From Meiothermus sp. (GTDB lineage: Bacteria > Deinococcota > Deinococci > Deinococcales > Thermaceae), in contig JANRLD010000076.1 in NCBI GenBank assembly GCA_033762915.1, forward strand, positions 1 through 44,741: 44,741 bases of DNA, in the 5' to 3' direction. The notes under the pieces were generated by a model. That model was not told where the DNA came from. It saw only the letters and a program-made list of their open reading frames with translations, and did not search any database. The number at the start of each line of letters is the position of its first letter. Within the stretch, counting starts at the first letter, position 1. Positions 18,441-24,335 of this stretch are shown piece by piece. Made by a program: the position numbers and the translations under genes.

Positions 18441-18516
18441 TCCGAAGTAGCTCAAGAAGTAGAGCGCCTAGCTGTTACCTAGGACTGTGCAGGAGCGAAG
18501 CCTGCCTTCGGAGCCA
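18441..18516 (+). tRNA. tRNA-Asn(GTT), atypical T loop
   Basis: Loop CTGTTAC; T loop AGCGAAG; perfect stems. Confidence 0.82.
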
Positions 18517-18517
18517 T

Positions 18518-18593
18518 AGCGGATAACTGCCCCGGTGGGTAGGCAAGGCCCATAACCTTGACGCGGTGGGTTCGATTCCCACATCTGCAACCA
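18518..18593 (+). tRNA. tRNA-Met(CAT), initiator-like
   Basis: Loop CCCATAA; A1/A72 mismatch; atypical D arm. Confidence 0.75.
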
Positions 18594-18596
18594 AAT

Positions 18597-18673
18597 GCCC
18601 TTGTAGCTCAACTGGCCGAAGCGCCTCTCTTACAAAGAGGAGTATGGAGGTTCGAATCCTCTCCGGGGCACCA
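18597..18673 (+). tRNA. tRNA-Val(TAC)
   Basis: Loop CTTACAA. Confidence 0.88.
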
Positions 18674-18727
18674 AAGGGCTTCGCCCCTGTAAAGCGGCGT
18701 TGCCGAGGGCCATCCGGCCCAGCAAAC

Positions 18728-18801
18728 GCGAGATTGATGTAACGACAGCATGGCTGCCTTCCAAGCAGTCTGTGGGGGTTTGAGTCCTCCATCTCGCTCC
18801 A
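18728..18801 (+). tRNA. tRNA-Gly(TCC)
   Basis: Loop CTTCCAA; U73. Confidence 0.88.
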
Positions 18802-18803
18802 TT

Positions 18804-18879
18804 GTCGGTGTAGCTCAGTGAACAGAGCGCTGGCCTGCGAAGCCAGAGGTCGGTGGTTTGAGTCCACCCATTGACGCCA
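18804..18879 (+). tRNA. tRNA-Arg(GCG)
   Basis: CTGGC-CTGCGAA-GCCAG. Confidence 0.88.
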
Positions 18880-18880
18880 T

Positions 18881-18958
18881 CGGACAGTAGCTCAGCCGGT
18901 CCAGAGCATCCCTCTCATAAGGGGAAGTGCGTTGGTTCGAACCCAACCTGTCCGACCA
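18881..18958 (+). tRNA. tRNA(CAT): elongator Met or Ile2
   Basis: Loop CTCATAA; paired C1-G72. Confidence 0.85.
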
Positions 18959-18963
18959 TTTTC

Positions 18964-19037
18964 GACGCGATGACCGAGTGTCTAGGTGACTGGTTGCAAC
19001 CCAGTTGAGGGCGGTTAGATTCCGCCTCGCGTCTCCA
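18964..19037 (+). tRNA. tRNA-Cys(GCA)
   Basis: Loop TTGCAAC; U73. Confidence 0.88.
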
Positions 19038-19041
19038 CAAT

Positions 19042-19119
19042 CTTGCCTTGGCGCAACGGGTTCAGCGCATCCGTCTGATACGCGGAAGGTTCCTGGTTCG
19101 AGTCCAGGAGGCAAGACCA
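19042..19119 (+). tRNA. tRNA-Ile(GAT)
   Basis: Loop CTGATAC. Confidence 0.9.
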
Positions 19120-19124
19120 CTTTC

Positions 19125-19200
19125 GCTGATGTAGCTCGGTCGGCAGAGCACCCGCTTGGTAAGTGGGAGGCCGTGAGTTCGATCCTCACCATCAGCTCCA
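19125..19200 (+). tRNA. tRNA-Thr(GGT)
   Basis: Loop TTGGTAA. Confidence 0.92.
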
Positions 19201-19203
19201 CAT

Positions 19204-19279
19204 GGGTTTGGTCGTCTAATGGCTAGGACACTCGCTTGTGACGCGAGAGAAGGTGGGTCGGAACCACCCCTTACCCCCA
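19204..19279 (+). tRNA. tRNA-His(GTG), degenerate acceptor stem and T loop
   Basis: Loop TTGTGAC; G-1:C73; two T-T mismatches. Confidence 0.78.
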
Positions 19280-19311
19280 GAAAAGATTTCGCCGCTCGAG
19301 GCGAAATCCGT

Positions 19312-19386
19312 GCCGTGGTAGCTCAATGGTTGAGCGCCTGTTTTGTAAACAGGTGGCTGCCGGTTCAAGTCCGGCTCACGGCTCCA
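19312..19386 (+). tRNA. tRNA-Thr(TGT)
   Basis: Loop TTTGTAA. Confidence 0.92.
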
Positions 19387-19480
19387 GCACAAAGGAGGTG
19401 ATCCGACGGCAAGAACTCTTTAGCAGTACCACCCGAAAAAGGGTTCGGAGAGCGCAACGGTTTCGCCGAACCCCACCCCT

Positions 19481-19558
19481 GCTCCTGTGACGGGAACCGG
19501 CATACCTCTGCGCGCGAGAAGTGCAGGCTTGGGGGTTCAACTCCCCCTGGGAGCACCA
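19481..19558 (+). tRNA. tRNA-Leu(GAG), short variable loop
   Basis: Loop GCGAGAA; Leu-type D arm; A73. Confidence 0.78.
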
Positions 19559-19584
19559 AAATACTTGCCCTCGTGGCAGGCCGT

Positions 19585-19659
19585 GAAAGTGTGGCGCAAC
19601 CTGGCAGACGCGCACGGCTCAGAACCGTGTTGTTGAGGGTTCAAATCCCTCCACTTTCA
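19585..19659 (+). tRNA. tRNA-Leu(CAG), short variable loop, CCA not encoded
   Basis: Loop CTCAGAA; followed by CTA. Confidence 0.85.
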
Positions 19660-19664
19660 CTATC

Positions 19665-19741
19665 CAGAGGTTGGACTCGAGGCGAGTCTCCGCGCTTGGA
19701 ACGCGGACATCGGGCAGGTTCGACTCCTGCACCTCTGACCA
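19665..19741 (+). tRNA. tRNA-Pro(TGG)
   Basis: Loop CTTGGAA; C1-G72, A73. Confidence 0.85.
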
Positions 19742-19742
19742 T

Positions 19743-19820
19743 GATTCTGTGACGGGAACTGGCAGACCTGCTCCGCTTAGAACGGAGTGCTTGGGAGTTC
19801 GAATCTCCCCAGAATCACCA
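19743..19820 (+). tRNA. tRNA-Leu(TAG), short variable loop
   Basis: Loop CTTAGAA. Confidence 0.88.
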
Positions 19821-19838
19821 GAAGGTCTTTGCGCCTAT

Positions 19839-19918
19839 CGGGGGTGAAATGAGAACAGTCATTGGTTCTCTAACAGCGAAGACTTGGTTACTTGGTTCAA
19901 CTCCAAAACCCCCGACCA
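19839..19918 (+). ncRNA. tRNA-like RNA with D/anticodon region replaced by the ACAGC module
   Basis: CGGGGGT/ACCCCCG-ACCA; T arm; GAGAAC/GTTCTC-TA-ACAGCGA. Confidence 0.75.
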
Positions 19919-19923
19919 ACTTC

Positions 19924-20001
19924 GCTCTTGTGACGGGAACTGGCATACCTTGCTGTCTCAAAAACAGCAGCTTGGAGGTTCAAATCCTCCCAGGAGCACC
20001 A
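19924..20001 (+). tRNA. tRNA-Leu(CAA), short variable loop
   Basis: Loop CTCAAAA. Confidence 0.88.
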
Positions 20002-20004
20002 CTC

Positions 20005-20081
20005 CTCGAGGTGGCGTAACTGGCAAACGCAGCGGTCTTAAGAACCGTCCCATGCCGGTTCGAATCCCGCCCTCGAGACCA
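20005..20081 (+). tRNA. tRNA-Leu(TAA), short variable loop
   Basis: Loop CTTAAGA. Confidence 0.85.
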
Positions 20082-20090
20082 GCAGTACAC

Positions 20091-20178
20091 GGAAGGGTGG
20101 GCGAGCGGCTTATGCCACCTCACTGCTAAGGAGGAGAGCCTTTGGGCTCCGCAGGTTCAAATCCTGTCCCTTCCGCCA
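20091..20178 (+). tRNA. tRNA-Ser(GCT)
   Basis: Loop CTGCTAA; long variable arm; G73. Confidence 0.9.
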
Positions 20179-20210
20179 CAAGCCGCCTCGAGCTGAGGCG
20201 GCAGTTTTAT

Positions 20211-20328
20211 GGAAGCGTAGCTCAGAAGGTAGAGCAGGTAAAAAACGAGAGTTGGCCAATTCTCTGACAGCAAACCCATTCGCCTTGAACGCGCCGGGTC
20301 GTGGGTTCGAGTCCTACCGCTTCCACCA
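20211..20328 (+). ncRNA. 118-nt tRNA-like RNA with the ACAGCAA module inserted in the anticodon arm
   Basis: Canonical acceptor, D and T arms plus CCA; insert GAGAGTT/AATTCTC-TG-ACAGCAA. Confidence 0.8.
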
Positions 20329-20360
20329 ACACTCACTCGAGCCTAACCGCTCGAGTCCAT

Positions 20361-20436
20361 GCTGACTTCGCCTAACGGCCAAGGCCCCCGCCTCTTAAGC
20401 GGGTTGATGAAGGTTCAAATCCTTCAGTCAGCACCA
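20361..20436 (+). tRNA. tRNA-Lys(CTT)
   Basis: Loop CTCTTAA. Confidence 0.9.
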
Positions 20437-20437
20437 T

Positions 20438-20514
20438 GTCCTTGTAGCTCAACGGCCAGAGCAGCGGTCTTTTAAACCGTATTGGTGTAGGTTCGAGTCC
20501 TACCGAGGACACCA
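20438..20514 (+). tRNA. tRNA-Lys(TTT)
   Basis: Loop CTTTTAA. Confidence 0.92.
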
Positions 20515-20628
20515 CAAATACCCCTCCGGCCTTCGGCCACCTCCCCTGATCCTGATGTTTGCAGTGAATCAAGCCTCGAAGTTCGCCTCGAGGAATGCAC
20601 GCCCAAGGAGAGGCAAGGAGAGGCACAT

Positions 20629-20702
20629 GCTTTCGTAACTCAAGGTAGAGTGGCTGGTTCTTACCCAGTTCGGTGCAGGTTCAAGTCCTGCCGAAAGCAC
20701 CA
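20629..20702 (+). tRNA. tRNA-Lys(CTT), second copy
   Basis: GCTGG-TTCTTAC-CCAGT. Confidence 0.85.
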
Positions 20703-20820
20703 AAACTCACTGACATGGGCCGAGTAGCCTGTGTTTGCGGGCTACTCGAGCCCCTCACCCCAACCGCTCTCCCAAAGGGAGAGAGGACTTAATCGGGCTC
20801 GAGTCAGGAGCGTGATCCCC

Positions 20821-21390
20821 ATGAAGGAGGCAGAGAGACAGCAGCACACTATAGCTGCGAACGCGCAGCACGGCTCGCGCCGCGAGTCCATCAACATTGA
20901 CACCCCCAGAGTCCTAGTGCTCAACGCCGGGTTCCAGCCCCTGGGGATCGCCAGCATTCGCCGCGTGGTGGGCCTGGTGATGAGCGGGCTTGCCGAGGTG
21001 GTGGAGGAGTCGGGCGATTTCCTCCGCACCCCCACCAGCCAGTACCCCGTCCCCAAGATCGTCCGCGTCAAGAAGATGATCCGGCCCCGCTTGCGCGGAC
21101 TGCGTCTGAGCCGCCGCAACGTCTTCCGGCGCGACGCCCACACCTGTGCCTACTGCGGCAAGCGCACCTCAGACCTGACCCTCGACCATGTAATTCCGCG
21201 CTCGAGGGGCGGCAGCAACACCTGGGACAACCTGGTCTCGGCTTGCCAGAGCTGTAACCACCGCAAGGCCGACCGCACCCCCGAGGAGGCGGGCATGAAG
21301 CTCCTCCACAAGCCCGCCAAGCCCAGCCAGAGCGTGTGGCTGGACATCCTCGAGGTGCCCCGCGAGTGGAGGGTGTACTTCGGGGCGTAA
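20821..21390 (+). CDS. HNH endonuclease (McrA/HNH_5-like), start uncertain
   Basis: VLVLNAGFQPL; CAYCG...TLDHVIPRSRGG...NLVSACQSCNHRK. Confidence 0.92.
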   Translation: MKEAERQQHTIAANAQHGSRRESINIDTPRVLVLNAGFQPLGIASIRRVVGLVMSGLAEVVEESGDFLRTPTSQYPVPKIVRVKKMIRPRLRGLRLSRRNVFRRDAHTCAYCGKRTSDLTLDHVIPRSRGGSNTWDNLVSACQSCNHRKADRTPEEAGMKLLHKPAKPSQSVWLDILEVPREWRVYFGA

Positions 21391-21473
21391 AGGGCGGGTG
21401 TAGGGCGTAAAGTGCAAGGAATCTTAAGGGCCTTTGCATACCCTTTTGCTCTTCGCCCTATACCCGCGCTCCT

Positions 21474-21521
21474 AGGCTGCGCTAAACCGGCTTCTTCCCC
21501 AAAGAGAGCCGTCGCGGCCTG
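21474..21521 (+). repeat. Degenerate AGGCYGC/GCGGCCTG hairpin lacking ACAGCAA
   Basis: Same closing stem as the hairpins at 21629 and 21708. Confidence 0.5.
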
Positions 21522-21628
21522 TAAAGATCGTCATCAAAGCCATCGATCTCGAGGCGAGGGCGAACTCGAGGCTTCCCGAAACCCCACATAACCCACCGAA
21601 CCCAAGCCCATCGGCTACCCTGTTACCA

Positions 21629-21681
21629 AGGCCGCCTACAGCAACCAGACTCCTCCACTTGGGGTTACACTGTGCGGCCTG
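21629..21681 (+). ncRNA. ACAGCAA-module hairpin A
   Basis: AGGCCGC-CT-ACAGCAA...GCGGCCTG. Confidence 0.7.
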
Positions 21682-21707
21682 TTCTTTTGGGTGCCGAGCC
21701 GAAACAG

Positions 21708-21762
21708 AGGCCGCGCACAGCAAAAACCCCCATTCCCTTTTCAGGAAAGAGCATGCGGCCTG
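21708..21762 (+). ncRNA. ACAGCAA-module hairpin B (abuts the RBS)
   Basis: AGGCCGC-GC-ACAGCAA...GCGGCCTG, then AAGGAG. Confidence 0.7.
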
Positions 21763-21775
21763 AAGGAGCACAGCT

Positions 21776-23290
21776 ATGAACTTTCTCGAGCTTATGAACC
21801 AGGCCCAGGCTGCTGCCACCTGGAACGGCGCGCTCAGTCACGCCACCAGTGGCAGCGAGCTGGTAGACCTCTACTACCGAGCCGTGCGCGTGCCCGGCTC
21901 GGGCAAGGGTTTCCAGCACGGCGAGTATGTGCCCAAGCAGTTCCTTAGCTACCTCGCCAAGTCCTGGATGGTGAGCCCCGAGGCCGCACTACGCCTGCTG
22001 TTCCACTTGCGCGATGTGCGCGAGGGCAAGGGCGAGCGGGCCATGTTCTATGCGGGCATGGTCTGGCTGGCCAAGACCGACTTGGGGCTGTTCCTCCGCG
22101 CTCTAGCCCTGGTGCCCGAGTACGGCGCATGGAAGGACGTGCTCGAGATCGCCGTCCTCCTCGGCGACGAGCGCGTGACCGCCGAAGCGGTGCGGCTGTT
22201 TGTTCGGGCCCTTCAGGACGGCGACGCCCTGGCCCACCAAGCCGGTCGCCCCGGCGACGCGGCTCTAGCAGCCAAGTGGGCCCCCAGCGAGGGCAAGCGC
22301 CTCGACCGCGCCCTGGGTTTCGTCGAGCGCGTGTGCAAGGCCGCCGGCTGGAGCCGCAAGACCTACCGCGATACCCTGGTGGCGCTGCGGCGGGTGGTCG
22401 AGACCCCCATGAGTGCACGCGAGTGGGAGCGCATCGAGTACGCCCACGTGCCCGCCAAGGCCATGTTGACCTACAACAAGGCTTTCGAGCGCCACGCCCC
22501 CGAGGCTTTCAAGGGCTACCTCGAGGCCGTCCGGAAGGGCGAGGCCAGGATCAACGCCGCTGCCCTGATGGCCCACGAGATCGTGGCGAGGTGGTTCTCC
22601 GGAGCCCTGGGCGAGGCCGAGGAGTTGCAGTGGCGGGCGCTGGTCGAGCAGTATGGCGCCAGCCTCGAGAACACCCTCTGCGTGGTGGACGTTTCTGGCT
22701 CGATGCAGTCGGGCTGGGGCCGGGTCAAGCCCATCCACGTGGCGCTGGGCCTGGGTCTGCTGGCGGCCCACGCGCAGAAGGGCGTGTTCGCGGGCGCCTT
22801 CGTCACCTTCAGCGCCCAGCCCACCCTGCAGCGCGTCAACCTGCGGGCCAGGCTGGCCACCCAGCTCCAGAGCATGAACACCGCCGCCTGGGACATGAAC
22901 ACCGACATCCAGGCCGTGTTCCAGCTGATCCTGGACACCGCCCGGGCCAACCGGCTGCCCCAGCGCCAGTTGCCCCGGCGCGTCCTGATCTTCAGCGACA
23001 TGCAGTTCGACCAGGCCACCGGCGGCAACCAGCTCACCAACTTCCAGAAGGCCCAGCGGGACTTCGAGCGGGCGGGCTATGTGCTGCCCGAGCTGATCTT
23101 CTGGAACGTCAACGGCGCGACCGCCGACTTCCCCGTCCAGATGCACCAGAGCGGCGCGGTGCTGGTGTCGGGCTGGAACCAGACCCTCTTCAAGGCCCTC
23201 TCGCAGAACCGCATCGTCGACCCCCTGCAGATGGTGCTCGAGATCCTCGGCAAGCCCCGCTACGACGCGGTGGGCAAGCTGGTCGCGTGA
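21776..23290 (+). CDS. DUF2828 family protein (TROVE/Ro60-like helical domain + vWA)
   Basis: NGALSHATSG, LRDVREGKGER, YGAWKD, AAKWAPSE, MIDAS DVSGSM, FSDMQFD, PELIFWN; family recognised from motifs, not by database search. Confidence 0.88.
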   Translation: MNFLELMNQAQAAATWNGALSHATSGSELVDLYYRAVRVPGSGKGFQHGEYVPKQFLSYLAKSWMVSPEAALRLLFHLRDVREGKGERAMFYAGMVWLAKTDLGLFLRALALVPEYGAWKDVLEIAVLLGDERVTAEAVRLFVRALQDGDALAHQAGRPGDAALAAKWAPSEGKRLDRALGFVERVCKAAGWSRKTYRDTLVALRRVVETPMSAREWERIEYAHVPAKAMLTYNKAFERHAPEAFKGYLEAVRKGEARINAAALMAHEIVARWFSGALGEAEELQWRALVEQYGASLENTLCVVDVSGSMQSGWGRVKPIHVALGLGLLAAHAQKGVFAGAFVTFSAQPTLQRVNLRARLATQLQSMNTAAWDMNTDIQAVFQLILDTARANRLPQRQLPRRVLIFSDMQFDQATGGNQLTNFQKAQRDFERAGYVLPELIFWNVNGATADFPVQMHQSGAVLVSGWNQTLFKALSQNRIVDPLQMVLEILGKPRYDAVGKLVA

Positions 23291-23325
23291 CCCGAGTGGG
23301 GTCCATCGATTCCCCACAGTAACCC

Positions 23326-23418
23326 CAAGCCCCGTACAGCAAACCTCTAAACTCGGGTTAGGCCGAAAGGCTGCCGGTTCAAATCCAGCGAGATGGCTCG
23401 CGCCATGAAAGGGGCTTG
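23326..23418 (+). ncRNA. ACAGCAA-module RNA with permuted tRNA-like arms (Y-RNA-like)
   Basis: CAAGCCCC-GT-ACAGCAA...GGTTCAAATCC...GGGGCTTG. Confidence 0.75.
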
Positions 23419-23469
23419 TGATGGGGCCTTGCTCGCGTAGGGAGATTCATGAGCTACAAATTGCCCTCG

Positions 23470-23501
23470 AGGCAGGACGCGAACTGCGTCCTGCCTTTTT
23501 T
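23470..23501 (+). terminator. Intrinsic terminator closing the tRNA/HNH/DUF2828 unit
   Basis: AGGCAGGACGC-GAACT-GCGTCCTGCCT-TTTTT. Confidence 0.85.
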
Positions 23502-24010
23502 CATGGCTTGACCGGGGCGGCTTCGAACTCGATGGGGGTGTGTTCGGAGAAGCCGCCGGTGGTGAGCATCTCGAACTTGATGCTGTCCGGGCTGGCGGTG
23601 CCCTTGTAGCTGTGCTTTAGCTCGCGGGTCTCGCTCGCCCCGCCCAGCGACTCCTGCGTCTTGACCACGAAGCGCAGGGTGTCGCCCTCCATCCGGCCCT
23701 CGAGGATGGCCCGCCGCACGCCCAGGAACGAGGCGGTGCCGCTCAGCTCCTTGCCCTCGAGTTTGAAATTGAACTGCTCGGTGCGGCTCACCCCCCAGTC
23801 GTAGCGCACCTCGGCCCGCCATACACCCGAAACGTCCATCGTGGGTGCGGTCCTGGCCTCCTCGCTGACCCCGAAGAACTTGTTCCACAAGTCCATGATC
23901 GAGTCCAGGTTGCCCGCTGCGCCTCCCGCCGTCGCCAGCACCGCGATGGCCGCCACCCCGTAGCGGCGGTACTTCATCCACGGCTTGGCCTTGCTCGCCT
24001 TATTGCTCAT
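23501..24010 (-). CDS. Hypothetical exported or membrane-anchored protein
   Basis: N-terminal hydrophobic segment; beta-rich domain (DVSGVW). Confidence 0.7.
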   Translation of the reverse strand: MSNKASKAKPWMKYRRYGVAAIAVLATAGGAAGNLDSIMDLWNKFFGVSEEARTAPTMDVSGVWRAEVRYDWGVSRTEQFNFKLEGKELSGTASFLGVRRAILEGRMEGDTLRFVVKTQESLGGASETRELKHSYKGTASPDSIKFEMLTTGGFSEHTPIEFEAAPVKP

Positions 24011-24027
24011 CGCCACCCCCCACTGTT

Positions 24028-24267
24028 TCAATTTCCAAACAGTATGTCCATCACCGTGCCCAGGTCGTCCTTGCCCTCCAGGATCTCCGGGTTGTACAGC
24101 TCGGTGTAGCCGCAGTTCTCGCAGGAGGCGGCGATAAAGACGTTGTGCTCGATGTCCAGCATCCTCGAGAGGCCCGTCCCGGCGGCGGCGAAGCGCTTGA
24201 CCTCGGCCCCCTCGGACTTGCACTTGGGGCAGACAAACCGCTCGGCCAGCATATCGTCGAGTCTCAT
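24028..24267 (-). CDS. Zinc-ribbon protein (DUF2082-like)
   Basis: CPKC...CENCGYTELY. Confidence 0.85.
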   Translation of the reverse strand: MRLDDMLAERFVCPKCKSEGAEVKRFAAAGTGLSRMLDIEHNVFIAASCENCGYTELYNPEILEGKDDLGTVMDILFGN

Positions 24268-24335
24268 AGGTTCACCCATTGTGCGACAGGCGGACAGGTT
24301 TTGGGAACGGTGGGGCGTGACCTAGGGACGTTACG

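Noticed and set aside
20237..20295. Self-splicing intron in a tRNA
   Set aside because: About 59 nt, with no group I/II core
16379..20626. ORF-track predictions across the tRNA array
   Set aside because: They overlap tRNA genes and have no protein motifs
20521..20790. CCCCTCC.../CCCCTCACCC... hairpins as novel RNAs
   Set aside because: Resemble common REP-like GC-rich palindromes
20838..20844. ACAGCAG near the HNH start
   Set aside because: No partner stem found
21474..21762. CRISPR array interpretation of the repeated hairpins
   Set aside because: Repeats are only 7-8-nt stems with irregular spacing; no cas genes
23296..23322. Hairpin followed by ACAGTAA
   Set aside because: Core mismatch and wrong spacing from the stem; too weak to call
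16332..23501. Prophage
   Set aside because: No integrase, structural or replication genes in the window
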